From a virus (taxonomy: Duplodnaviria > Caudoviricetes), in the IMG/VR virus record IMGVR_UViG_3300048881_000780: a DNA stretch of 64,000 nucleotides. The stretch is one strand, 5' to 3'. Below, in pieces: positions 1 to 9,715 of this stretch. The notes beneath the pieces were generated by a model. It had not been told where the DNA came from. It searched no databases and saw only the letters and a program-made list of their open reading frames with translations. Numbering within the stretch: position 1 is the stretch's first letter; each line of letters begins with the position of its first letter. The position numbers and the translations under genes were made by a program.

Positions 1-114
1 GGAGTACAGAAGAGAAAAAACAACTTGAGCCAACTCTTGCGTATATGAGATTTTTAGAATTAAAACTCTTTTTCCATAGTTATTAATGTTAATAATCGCA
101 TATTTATTTTTCAT
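1..114 (-). CDS. 5' part of a hypothetical protein (continues off the left edge)
   Basis: ATG at 114 opens a frame (MKNKYAII...) with no stop before the window edge; AAGGA RBS and a TG-T-TATAAT promoter upstream. Confidence 0.5.
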   Translation of the reverse strand, partial: MKNKYAIININNYGKRVLILKISYTQELAQVVFSLLYS

Positions 115-140
115 ACTTTCCTTATAAGACCTTTATATTA

Positions 141-155
141 TAACACGGTGTGTCA
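141..155. promoter_or_regulatory. TAACAC-N3-GTGTTA-family palindromic box overlapping an extended -10
   Basis: TAACAC-GGT-GTGTCA; the minus strand reads ...GTGTTATAAT upstream of the ORF starting at 114. Confidence 0.7.
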
Positions 156-191
156 CGGTACGGCCCTATAGGCGATAGGAATCTACGCAGT

Positions 192-1535
192 TCATAGTTT
201 TGGGTTTTTCTTCTCCCATTTTGATAAACTAGAGCTAACCTCTTGAATTTCTTCAATTAGTTTCTCTGTTAATCGTTCTTTTGACTTGAATATCTTCTTA
301 AATTCTTTCATTTTCTGAGTCTCGTCCTTAACTAATAGCTTCTTTTCCTTAACTTCTTTCTTTGTCATTCGGTAGATGGACATATCAGCTAAATAATCAC
401 AATTCACAAACTTCTTTTTCTTCAGATACTCGATATATGTCTTTCTATCTTCAAGCTTGTGGGCCTTCTCAAAGTGCTTCTCTTCGATGAATCTAATGAT
501 TTCATTACTTTTGTTAATTGCATTTATCGAAGACTCCAATAGTAGCTCATATCTTCTTTTAACTACCTTTAAGCGCTCTTTTGTGAATATTTCAATGTAC
601 TCTCGTGGATCATTAAAGGTCCACACGGTGTTATCTTTGATTAGATTGTAAACGGGAGAAAAACTAACTCTTGTTTCAAGTAGGGACTCAATGTCAGCTA
701 TTTTCAACTTCCTCCCCTTATGAAATACAAGCTCAATATTTACATTATTTTTCTTTGATCTATCTAGATAATCCTTAAGACTTCCCTCTTCTATGAGATC
801 TCCCAATTTTTGGTTAATTTTCTTCGCGTCCATTCCTCTTGGTAATTCAGTTATATAGAACTTTCCTTTTACTTCACTAACTCCTAATTCAGTGTAGAAT
901 TTGCCATCATCTTCCAAGACTTTCTTAGTATATCCTCTATACTTAGGGATAAGTTTAGATACCCTTTTTCCTTCTAAAAATTGAATCATGGCCTTACAGA
1001 TATCTTTATGATGAAACGAAGGAATATTTGTTCTATAGCCCGAAGCGATCCCCTCTGCTCCATTTAATAGAACAAGAGGTAATTTAGGGAGAAAGAATTC
1101 GGGTTCAAAGTCTTTTTCATCGTAACTAGGTATCATATTCACTTGGTTTAGATCACCTAATAGTAAAAGTTTAGCAATTTCTCCAAGTTTACATTCGATA
1201 TACCTCGCTGCCGCAGGAGTTGTCTCCATTCTCTCTCCGAAACTACCTTTTCCTTCAATTAATGGATAATTATTTGCAAATACATAATCTTGAGATAATT
1301 TTACAAGAGTAGATTCAACTGATGTATTTCCGTGAGGATGTAGAGTTAGTGTATAACCCGCGGCGGAAGCAACCTTTAACAGACCCTTTGATAAATTCTT
1401 GTATAAAATCCAAAGTGCTCTTCTTTGACCAGGTTTTAGACCATCTGTACTATATGGTATAGCTCGATCTTTAAGAGTATAAATTTGATACTCATAATAT
1501 TCTGATAAGATCACTTTCTTAGTTTCATTTGTCAT
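192..1535 (-). CDS. Type IIA DNA topoisomerase subunit A (GyrA/ParC/T4 gp52-like, no C-terminal domain)
   Basis: DGLKPGQRR, HPHG, PLIEGKGSFG, AAARY (catalytic Tyr), LPLVLLNGAEGIASG motifs; only 447 aa. Confidence 0.93.
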   Translation of the reverse strand: MTNETKKVILSEYYEYQIYTLKDRAIPYSTDGLKPGQRRALWILYKNLSKGLLKVASAAGYTLTLHPHGNTSVESTLVKLSQDYVFANNYPLIEGKGSFGERMETTPAAARYIECKLGEIAKLLLLGDLNQVNMIPSYDEKDFEPEFFLPKLPLVLLNGAEGIASGYRTNIPSFHHKDICKAMIQFLEGKRVSKLIPKYRGYTKKVLEDDGKFYTELGVSEVKGKFYITELPRGMDAKKINQKLGDLIEEGSLKDYLDRSKKNNVNIELVFHKGRKLKIADIESLLETRVSFSPVYNLIKDNTVWTFNDPREYIEIFTKERLKVVKRRYELLLESSINAINKSNEIIRFIEEKHFEKAHKLEDRKTYIEYLKKKKFVNCDYLADMSIYRMTKKEVKEKKLLVKDETQKMKEFKKIFKSKERLTEKLIEEIQEVSSSLSKWEKKNPKL

Positions 1536-1572
1536 TATATTCTCTTTTGTTTAGCTTCATTTAAATATTTTC

Positions 1573-3507
1573 TCATATTGAATCAACTCCATTTCTAAAG
1601 AGTTCTTTTCGAGGGCCTGAATCTTTAGAAAAGCAAATAGATAGTACTTTTTGGATTTCACTTTCATCATCGATTAGCAATGTTTGATACTCAGTCTCTT
1701 TCATTAAGTAATCCCAGGCTTCTCTACTCATTTCACCAAGACCTTTATTCCTATTTATACGTTTAATTTTTAAACTTTTTTTACTCTTTAATTTTTCCAA
1801 TTCACTATCAGTTGAGCAAAATAATAGCCCCTTATTTGTTTCTAATTCATAGAGTGGAGCTTTTGCTAACTTAACTTGTCCATTTTTAAAAAGCTCAGGC
1901 CAAAACTTAAAAAAGAAATTAATTAGGAGTGTATTTATATGGCCCCCATCAACATCCGAATCTGCAAGAAATACTATTTCTGGAAATCTCATCTCTTCTC
2001 TATCTGAAGACTTTGATAAATCTAATCCAATTGCAGATATAATATCTTGATACTCTTGGTTTTTAATTACGTCCTTAATGTCGCACGATAAAACATTTAA
2101 AGGTTTTCCCTTAAGGGGTATCCCACCTTGAGTTTCTTGATCACGAGAACTTCTAAGTCCGGCGATCGCAGAGTCTCCCTCGCATATAAATAGTTGACAC
2201 TTACTTCTATCTTTTCTTGCATTGGCATCTAATAATTTTGCTACTTTCTTTTTTCTAGATTTTTTTGCAAGCTTTGATGCCTCTTTTAAAAAATCCTGCT
2301 GTTTTCTCTTTTTAGCTCGCTCAATAACTTGTTCTAAAAAGTCCTTGTTTCTTCTGAAAAACAAAGACATTGATTCACCCATTGCACTCTCTATGGCCTT
2401 TTCTAGAAATGAGTGTTTCACCATCTTTCTCTTAGTTTGAGATTCAAATCTGGCGTTTGGAATAACTAGATTTATGACAAATACCATTCCCATACATATA
2501 TCTAAATCAGATATATCAATCTTTTGTCTCTTGGCCTCTTTCTTTAATTTATCTTTTATCGAATTAATAAAGAACCTTCTAACCTTATCGTGATGATAAC
2601 CACCATCAAAAGTTGGTGTTGAATTTACAAATGAAATAAACTCTTCTCTTTCAGCTGACTTTTTATTAAAAAAAGTAAGTATATCTAAATCAATTAACCC
2701 CTTTACAGGTTTCTTCTTAGAGTCTTTTGTTACATATGTATGTTGATATCTTTTAACTAGGTAATTACCTTTATGACTAGGAAGTAGAGGTATTAACTCT
2801 TCTAATCCCTTTTTAGTAAAAAATACTTCTTTATTAAACGTAAATTTAAGACCTGGGTTTATATATGATAAATCGATAATTCTTTTTCTTATATAGGATT
2901 CATCAAGGAGTGCGTCCCCATATACTTCAGGAGACAACTTAAGAGTTATTTTTACACCAGATTTTCCTGAAAATTTCTTGGTTCTTTTTTCTTTTATTTT
3001 ATTTGCACCATCAACAAATACAACAGTCTTCTCTTTTTTCTTTGATTTGTGTCTAACTGTTACCTCAAATAAATCAGAAGTTAAGCATGTGGCAGATGAA
3101 CCTACTCCATTTTGCCCAAGTGTTCTAGAGAGGTAGCCATTCTCATCTGATTCATTATCACCAAACTTTGACCCTACTCGGTACTCAGAGTAAACAGGTA
3201 CTATCTTACTAACATCGAAACCAATACCGTCATCTTCAATAGTAATAGTCTCTCTATCCTCACTTAGAGTTACTTTTATATGTTTAACATTACCTCTTAA
3301 GTATTCATCAATAGAGTTGTCTATAATCTCCTCGATGGCCTTATTTTTTGCCTGGTGAAATTGAAATTCAGAAAAAACTAATTCTTTATCTTTGTAAGTA
3401 TGTGTTTTTAGACCTTCTATACTATTTGAACCAAATGTTAATTCTACCCTATTTCTAGAATGCCAACGCTGTGACTTTTTCTCGATAATAGCTTCTTTTT
3501 TTGCCAT
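1573..3507 (-). CDS. Type IIA DNA topoisomerase subunit B (GyrB/ParE-like)
   Basis: GHKL motifs EIIDNSIDE, DDGIG, GQNGVGS; TOPRIM motifs EGDSA, PLKGKPLN, DSDVDG, KGLGEM. Confidence 0.94.
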   Translation of the reverse strand: MAKKEAIIEKKSQRWHSRNRVELTFGSNSIEGLKTHTYKDKELVFSEFQFHQAKNKAIEEIIDNSIDEYLRGNVKHIKVTLSEDRETITIEDDGIGFDVSKIVPVYSEYRVGSKFGDNESDENGYLSRTLGQNGVGSSATCLTSDLFEVTVRHKSKKKEKTVVFVDGANKIKEKRTKKFSGKSGVKITLKLSPEVYGDALLDESYIRKRIIDLSYINPGLKFTFNKEVFFTKKGLEELIPLLPSHKGNYLVKRYQHTYVTKDSKKKPVKGLIDLDILTFFNKKSAEREEFISFVNSTPTFDGGYHHDKVRRFFINSIKDKLKKEAKRQKIDISDLDICMGMVFVINLVIPNARFESQTKRKMVKHSFLEKAIESAMGESMSLFFRRNKDFLEQVIERAKKRKQQDFLKEASKLAKKSRKKKVAKLLDANARKDRSKCQLFICEGDSAIAGLRSSRDQETQGGIPLKGKPLNVLSCDIKDVIKNQEYQDIISAIGLDLSKSSDREEMRFPEIVFLADSDVDGGHINTLLINFFFKFWPELFKNGQVKLAKAPLYELETNKGLLFCSTDSELEKLKSKKSLKIKRINRNKGLGEMSREAWDYLMKETEYQTLLIDDESEIQKVLSICFSKDSGPRKELFRNGVDSI

Positions 3508-3530
3508 TTTTCATAATCCTTAATATATGT

Positions 3531-3545
3531 TAACACTTTGTGTTA
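3531..3545. promoter_or_regulatory. Perfect TAACAC-N3-GTGTTA box upstream of the topoisomerase operon
   Basis: TAACAC-TTT-GTGTTA, about 24 bp from the subunit B start; the minus strand gives TG-T-TAACAT followed by an AAGGA RBS. Confidence 0.75.
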
Positions 3546-3788
3546 TCGTATATTTTAACATGTGATTCACTAATTATTTAAAATTTGGTAAGACCCAACC
3601 TAAAAACAACATGTTAAGATTGAAGAATATTGAAATTATCGTGTACACAATAATTATAGTGCTATCTAAAAAAAATATTAAAATAACGAAAATACCTAAT
3701 GAGTAAACAGTGACTTATAGTTGCAGACAATATGAAAAACCTGTAATAACAGTAATGTAACCAGTTAACCTAAACTCAACCTTTTTAC

Positions 3789-3817
3789 TTGAGTGACGCA
3801 CTCAGTCATGCTAAAAT
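3789..3817 (+). promoter_or_regulatory. Sigma70-like promoter of the 3857 lipoprotein with an overlapping palindrome
   Basis: TTGAGT-17bp-TAAAAT (with TG extension); TGAGTG-ACG-CACTCA inverted repeat at 3790-3804. Confidence 0.55.
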
Positions 3818-3856
3818 TAATTAATTTGAACGTTATCAGTAATTTGGAAGAGGTTT

Positions 3857-5470
3857 ATGAGATTTATAGCAATACTAACATTACTACTTGTCGTATCATG
3901 TCAACCTAGCAAAAAGAAGAAGGTTGTTAAATCACCATTGGCCCCTCCAGTTAACAATGAGAACCCAAACACTCAGGGTGGGATATCAAGTCAAATTTAT
4001 GCACTAGAGGACCTGGTGAGTTTTAACAATAGCGCAACTCCAATCGAGGATTCTTACAACTCTTTTAATCTACCTCTTTCATCCTTCTCTGGAATAAATA
4101 TCGTAGGTAGAGATGTCGATAATTTAGCATTTTCAACTTACAATGAGTCAAATATCTCTAAGGCACATGCTTTAAAATATTTAATTACAAATGAAGTTGA
4201 TACAACTATTGAACACTTTCAAAATAACGAACTTACTTTAATCACTGAAACAAACGGTAGAGCTTATTACATCATTAAAGAAATTGACAATGAGATATTT
4301 ATTCATTCGGGTAAAAATAATAACAGCTCAAAGGTTTTATTGTCTGATAGTCATGTATTAGTTTACAACACTGTAGATTACACGCATGTTAACTACTATA
4401 AAGTTCCAAACACTAAAAGTGATTCTTTAAATATTTCTCTACTTACTCTTCCCTATACTTTTTCTAGATCTGGGGATTCTGTAACAGGTAACGTTCAAAT
4501 CGTTACAGATCAACACTCGGGTGGAGTGGCGATAAATTCTTCTAATGATTATTCTTTTAATTACTTTGATAAAGATACATCATCGTATATCCCACTTGAT
4601 TTTACTGGTGCCATGAAAACTGAAGTTCATAATCACCTAGTGACCAACTACGATATAATTTCGACTTATGCAGAAGGAACTACATTTATTTTAACACTAT
4701 CTCATCGCACTGATGGAGATATTATTGAATACGCCCTATATGGATACAAGAGTGGTGTTACTTGGACTTCTAAACAACTTAGACTTACAACTGAGGGTGA
4801 AGACGCTAGACCGTACGATATTATTAAATCAAACTATGGATTAGTTGAATATTTTTATGACAGCAATGAAGTAGGGAAATATCTACTAGATGATAAAATT
4901 TCTCCACAGTTTCAGTCATATATTACGACCTTTGGGAACAATTTAAACATAACAGATATTATCTTAGTTAAGAATAATCAAAATCTTTGTCTTGGTAAAT
5001 TAACAGGTGAGACTAGATGCTTTGGTCACAACAACCTATCTACTTCTCATATTAATGAAATATCACCCTTAAAGATGTTTGTGGGTGGAAGTAATTCTAT
5101 CTTTGCTCTATACGAGAATGGAAAAATTTATGCTATTGAAAAATACTCTCCAAACAGTGATGTTTTCTTAAGTGGATTTTCCACCAGTGAAGCCGAAAAA
5201 CAAATATCAGGCACAGTTAGAGAGATTGGCCTTGTAGAAGATTTAAGATCTAAGAGACTCACTCTATTTGCCATTCAAAATAACGGAGAAATCGTTATTA
5301 TCGGTAATAGAATTGGTCAAACTTTTGGATCAACTAGTTATGATAATCACAGATATCAACTAGAATACTTCTTTGTTGGATATAATTACATAGGTTTACA
5401 GGCCTCCAATGGTGATCCAAGTTTTATCACTCCTAAGGGGCAGAACTTTATCAATTCAAACGCCTTTTAA
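3857..5470 (+). CDS. Putative lipoprotein, beta-rich
   Basis: Signal peptide with lipobox (MRFIAILTLLLVVSC), low-complexity linker, N/S/T-rich extracellular composition; GAGG RBS. Confidence 0.75.
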   Translation: MRFIAILTLLLVVSCQPSKKKKVVKSPLAPPVNNENPNTQGGISSQIYALEDLVSFNNSATPIEDSYNSFNLPLSSFSGINIVGRDVDNLAFSTYNESNISKAHALKYLITNEVDTTIEHFQNNELTLITETNGRAYYIIKEIDNEIFIHSGKNNNSSKVLLSDSHVLVYNTVDYTHVNYYKVPNTKSDSLNISLLTLPYTFSRSGDSVTGNVQIVTDQHSGGVAINSSNDYSFNYFDKDTSSYIPLDFTGAMKTEVHNHLVTNYDIISTYAEGTTFILTLSHRTDGDIIEYALYGYKSGVTWTSKQLRLTTEGEDARPYDIIKSNYGLVEYFYDSNEVGKYLLDDKISPQFQSYITTFGNNLNITDIILVKNNQNLCLGKLTGETRCFGHNNLSTSHINEISPLKMFVGGSNSIFALYENGKIYAIEKYSPNSDVFLSGFSTSEAEKQISGTVREIGLVEDLRSKRLTLFAIQNNGEIVIIGNRIGQTFGSTSYDNHRYQLEYFFVGYNYIGLQASNGDPSFITPKGQNFINSNAF

Positions 5471-5516
5471 ATAGATCTTTTTTATGATAACTCATGTCCT
5501 CAAATAAAGAGGTTCT

Positions 5517-6425
5517 ATGAGTTCAATACATTTAAAAAGACGTCTACAAAAAGAGTTCTTCAAAAGAGAATCGAAAGTAAATGATCAATTTCTTCAAGCG
5601 CTTCATTCAATATATAAAATTACGAATGAGGATATTATTGATAGAACTTCTTCAGAATGGTTAAAGTTTGACCTACCTAAGTACCAAAATAAAATTAAAG
5701 ATGATCCTAATTACTCTAAAATGGGATGGTACATAAATCAAATGGCCATGGATCAGATATTACCTGAAACTATATTTCTAGCAAAAGATATAGAAAGTAG
5801 ATCAGTTAAAAACTTTGTTGTATCTAAGAACTTATCTAAGGCCCTGTCTGAAGTTGGAACAAGAGTAAAAATTGGTAGTTTTCTTGAAATGTCTAGTCCG
5901 TACTATATTGAAATGGATGGCCTAGAAGTAAATGGCTCTAGCTTGAGATTCGCCTATATAGACACACCCTATCTTTGTGACGATAAAGTAATGATCCGAT
6001 TCTTTATATACTATATTGACGAAAACAAAGAAACATCAACAATTATGAAGCAATTTGAGGCATCTGAGGACGTATCAATTGAGGAAATTGTTAAAGTAGA
6101 ATACTATAACGAGGTAGATAAATTTTTAATTCAATCGATATTTGCTAGTTGTATCTATATTCTAGGAAATAACGAAGAGCTCAAAGAAAAAGTTAATACA
6201 TTTGCTGGTAGTAAGAAGGCCATTGAAACTCAAAAGAATAGCTTCTCAACTGAAGCATTTCATTTAATGGGAGAAGATTTTAAATATCTAAGATTATTAA
6301 AGGGCGATAAGTTCTCCGTTAAGGGGCATTTTAGATGGCAGAGATGCGGGAAAGATTTAAAAGATATTAAGTTAACTTTTGTTACTCCTCATGAAAGGGC
6401 CCTAAATTCCAATATTTTAAAATAA
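5517..6425 (+). CDS. Hypothetical protein with a C-terminal VKGHFRWQxxG...PH motif typical of phage/plasmid proteins
   Basis: 302-aa ORF, GAGG RBS; motif recognised from memory of mobile-element hypotheticals. Confidence 0.7.
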   Translation: MSSIHLKRRLQKEFFKRESKVNDQFLQALHSIYKITNEDIIDRTSSEWLKFDLPKYQNKIKDDPNYSKMGWYINQMAMDQILPETIFLAKDIESRSVKNFVVSKNLSKALSEVGTRVKIGSFLEMSSPYYIEMDGLEVNGSSLRFAYIDTPYLCDDKVMIRFFIYYIDENKETSTIMKQFEASEDVSIEEIVKVEYYNEVDKFLIQSIFASCIYILGNNEELKEKVNTFAGSKKAIETQKNSFSTEAFHLMGEDFKYLRLLKGDKFSVKGHFRWQRCGKDLKDIKLTFVTPHERALNSNILK

Positions 6426-6427
6426 AA

Positions 6428-6781
6428 CTAGGTTGGTAGAATTCTAACTTTCCCATCTGATAAGTGAGCAACTTTACACGATGTCCAGGTTTCTTTTTTC
6501 TTATTTCTTGTTGTCCAGTCTGCGACGAGATATGGATCATAGAAAATCTCTACACTCCATTTATGATTACTATTTTCAAACAAAGAAACTAACTCTCCCT
6601 CAATAAATGCGTGTACATTTTTTTGCCTCTCTCTTAGTACTCTCTCCCTTCCCTTTTTACCTACAACTAATCTGCAATTGATAAGAGTTATAGCATTAGT
6701 GTAAGCGATTACCTTACCAGTCTTTTTATTTCTTACTGAAAAACAGCCTTTATGTAAGTTTTTATATACTTGGACAATCAT
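6428..6781 (-). CDS. Conserved phage-type hypothetical protein
   Basis: VYKNLHKGCFSVR...GRERVLRERQKNVHAFIEG...YDPY pattern; start reassigned to ATG 6781, which overlaps the dam stop (ATGA). Confidence 0.75.
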   Translation of the reverse strand: MIVQVYKNLHKGCFSVRNKKTGKVIAYTNAITLINCRLVVGKKGRERVLRERQKNVHAFIEGELVSLFENSNHKWSVEIFYDPYLVADWTTRNKKKETWTSCKVAHLSDGKVRILPT

Positions 6782-7533
6782 TTCTTCACCCACAAAACCT
6801 CTAATCTCTTTGAGTTTTGAGTATCGATTGTCTTATAAAGCTTTTTCCACCCTAGTTGATCGTAAATCTCATTATCATATCCAGATAATAGGCAATGGCC
6901 TTTAATCTTGCTTAAAACATTTACTAGTTCTTGATGATCAGTATTTGTTAATTCAAACTTGTATGATTTTTTTGATACCCTTAGATTATGTAGATATGGA
7001 GGATCAATATAGAAAGTCGTATGTGACTTATCATATCTTTGTATACAGTCCTTCCAATCAAGTCTCTCTATGATAACTCCTCTTAATCTCTCACTAAAGA
7101 ATTCTAAATATTCTAAATAATTCTTAAATCCTGTTGCGGGAGAGGAGTTTTGAGAAATCGAATTCCTAAATCCGGTGTTATTATTTATAGAATCACCAAT
7201 ACCCATAAATGATTTTATGATTGTTTTGGCCGCTCTCTCTACGGGACAAAATGAATATAATCTGGCCTCGTCGTATACCTCTCTTGAGTATGGGGTAAAT
7301 TGGAGATATCTCTTAAGTTCTTGATATCGATCTCTAACTACTTTAAAAACATTAACTATTTCACCGTCTATATCATTATAGACTTCATTTTTAACTCTAT
7401 CTTTAAATAATAGAATTGTTCCACCTCCCCCAAAAGGTTCTACATATGTCTTAGATGGAGGTAGATTAGCTAAAATCCATTTCCTTGATGTGAACTTACC
7501 GCCAAAATAATTTATAAGAGGTCTTTGCTTCAT
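6778..7533 (-). CDS. dam: DNA adenine N6-methyltransferase (Dam/D12 class)
   Basis: YFGGK, YVEPFGGGG (SAM binding), YNDID, DPPY catalytic motif; target sequence not determinable. Confidence 0.9.
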   Translation of the reverse strand: MKQRPLINYFGGKFTSRKWILANLPPSKTYVEPFGGGGTILLFKDRVKNEVYNDIDGEIVNVFKVVRDRYQELKRYLQFTPYSREVYDEARLYSFCPVERAAKTIIKSFMGIGDSINNNTGFRNSISQNSSPATGFKNYLEYLEFFSERLRGVIIERLDWKDCIQRYDKSHTTFYIDPPYLHNLRVSKKSYKFELTNTDHQELVNVLSKIKGHCLLSGYDNEIYDQLGWKKLYKTIDTQNSKRLEVLWVKK

Positions 7534-7567
7534 ACATCTATTTTAATATATACATCAGTGCATATCT

Positions 7568-7582
7568 TAACACCTCGTGTCT
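7568..7582. promoter_or_regulatory. Palindromic box between divergent dam and SNF2 genes
   Basis: TAACAC-CTC-GTGTCT in the 80-bp divergent gap. Confidence 0.65.
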
Positions 7583-7613
7583 ATATTACTACTATGTAGT
7601 ATATAATAGTTAT

Positions 7614-9713
7614 ATGAGTATTTTAGATATTGAATTTGGGCAAAATAAGACTACGATGTACGATGTTGTAAATGCATTAAGTACTTTTAATAATTACGAT
7701 CAGGATGAAAAAAGATGGCAAGAAATGCTAGAAATCCATTTTCAAAAAATTGGTCGAACTTATGAAAGAGAAGTTCATATATCTAAAGAGAGTATTATCG
7801 ACTTTAAAATGGACCGCATAGGCATTGAACTTAAGACAAAAGGCCGAGTTAGAGATGTATATCGTCAAATAAAGAGATACCTAGAAACCGATGAGATTGA
7901 TGAGATCGTATTACTTACAACAAAGAATTTTTCACTACCATCAAAAATAAATGGAAAAACTGTAAGAGTTATCAATAAAAGTTTCAATATCCTTAAAAAT
8001 CAAAAAAGTAAGAATAGAAATATAGAGAGAGACCCTGGTACTTATGGCACAATCGTTTACTCAAGTGAAATTAATTCTTGGAAACTAGATGTTGACGCAA
8101 ATGTCTCCATGAGACTTAAGAGAATTTTAGATTTCTTACCTAAGACATCGAGACCGCCATTTATTATTAAGAATACACCGGAAAGGTGCGCTGACTTAAA
8201 TTGGGTTATGACTAGATATCCTCTTACTATATCTAAAAAGGATCATAAGTTTCTAAACAAAAAAGAAAGTGAGTTTAAAGAGTTTATTTCTTCTTGTGAT
8301 GAAATACTTATGAATAAATCATACTCTATTGATGTTGATCTAACTGATACATATAAATTAAGAAGCTATCAATCTCAATATGTTGGATTAGCTGGAAAAG
8401 TTAAAAGAATCTTTAATGCCGATGACACTGGTCTTGGAAAGACTTTAGAGTGTCTTGCTCATATCGTAGACGTTGGCAAATTTCCAGTAGTCATATGTTC
8501 ACAAACAACTAATCAGATACAATGGTTTGAAGAAGCTTCAAAGGCAACTAATTTAAAAATTGCTTTTTTATCAAAGGGTAAACTTAAAGAATCTGACTTA
8601 GATGCAGATATCTATATAACTAGGTACTCACTACTTGCTAAACATATGGACTACTTTCTCGCTAAAGATATCGACTCTATTCACTTTGACGAAATTCAGG
8701 AACTTAGAAATTCTGGTAGTGATAAATACAATGCGGCCTATACATTATCTCAATTTTGTAACGGAGTAACTGGTTACTCAGCAACCCCGATCTACAATAG
8801 AGGTAGTGATGTTTTTAATATTTATACTATTATTGATAAATCAATTCTAGGGAGTTGGTCTGAATTTTCAAGAGATTGGTGTATTAACACATTTCAAGAC
8901 GATAAAGGTGATATTAAAGATCCTGTTGCACTAAGGTCATACCTTATTGAGATAAATAAAATGATCAGAAGAACAAGAGAAGATGTTCAATTAGAACTTC
9001 CACCTCTAGATATTACACCATACCTAATTGAGCACGATAAAAAAGAAATCGATCGATTTGAATCTCTACTAAAAGATCTAGCTATTAAAACTCTTGAAAG
9101 TAAGGATGAATTCGAAAGAGGTCGCTTATCTAACCAGTTAGATATGAAAGCTCGTGAGATGACTGGTATTTCAAAAGCCCGCACGGCGGCGGCTTTCATT
9201 AGGGATTTAATTGACCAAGGTAGACGGCCTGTTGTTGTTGGTTGGCACCGAGAAGTATGGAATATACTGAGTGAGGAGTTATCTGATAAAAACCTTGTTT
9301 TCATAACTGGAAATGAAAATCCAAAACAAAAAGATCTAAATAAGAAGAAGTTTATAAATGATGAAGCTGACGCTCTTTGTGTTTCAATCAGAAGTTGCGT
9401 TGGTATTGATGGTCTTCAGGAAGCCTCTAGCGATATTGTATTCATTGAATTTGATTGGTCGCCAGCTGTCCATAAACAAGTAATAGAGAGACTTTGGCGA
9501 TTTAAACAGCGTAATACTACAAGTGTTTACTACTTAATAGCTGAAGCTGGTACAGATCCAGCTATGATTGAAAAACATGGTGTCAAGAAACAACAATTAG
9601 AAGGCTTTGTAAATGGTGAACAATTGGATGAAAATGCATTTGGTGGATCAAAGAGCAATAGACCTTCTGGAATTGAATTTGCTAACTCTATTTTAAAAGG
9701 GAAGAAGAAATAG
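7614..9713 (+). CDS. SNF2-family helicase/ATPase with an N-terminal PD-(D/E)XK-like nuclease domain
   Basis: DDTGLGKT (Walker A), FDEIQ (Walker B), SATPIYN, GIDGLQ, WSPAVHKQVIERLWR; N-terminal EREV...IDF...GIELK...QIKRY. Confidence 0.85.
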   Translation: MSILDIEFGQNKTTMYDVVNALSTFNNYDQDEKRWQEMLEIHFQKIGRTYEREVHISKESIIDFKMDRIGIELKTKGRVRDVYRQIKRYLETDEIDEIVLLTTKNFSLPSKINGKTVRVINKSFNILKNQKSKNRNIERDPGTYGTIVYSSEINSWKLDVDANVSMRLKRILDFLPKTSRPPFIIKNTPERCADLNWVMTRYPLTISKKDHKFLNKKESEFKEFISSCDEILMNKSYSIDVDLTDTYKLRSYQSQYVGLAGKVKRIFNADDTGLGKTLECLAHIVDVGKFPVVICSQTTNQIQWFEEASKATNLKIAFLSKGKLKESDLDADIYITRYSLLAKHMDYFLAKDIDSIHFDEIQELRNSGSDKYNAAYTLSQFCNGVTGYSATPIYNRGSDVFNIYTIIDKSILGSWSEFSRDWCINTFQDDKGDIKDPVALRSYLIEINKMIRRTREDVQLELPPLDITPYLIEHDKKEIDRFESLLKDLAIKTLESKDEFERGRLSNQLDMKAREMTGISKARTAAAFIRDLIDQGRRPVVVGWHREVWNILSEELSDKNLVFITGNENPKQKDLNKKKFINDEADALCVSIRSCVGIDGLQEASSDIVFIEFDWSPAVHKQVIERLWRFKQRNTTSVYYLIAEAGTDPAMIEKHGVKKQQLEGFVNGEQLDENAFGGSKSNRPSGIEFANSILKGKKK

Positions 9714-9715
9714 AA

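Noticed and set aside
6778-7533. Classical type II restriction-modification system
   Set aside because: No stand-alone cognate endonuclease is adjacent; the downstream ORF is a phage-type hypothetical
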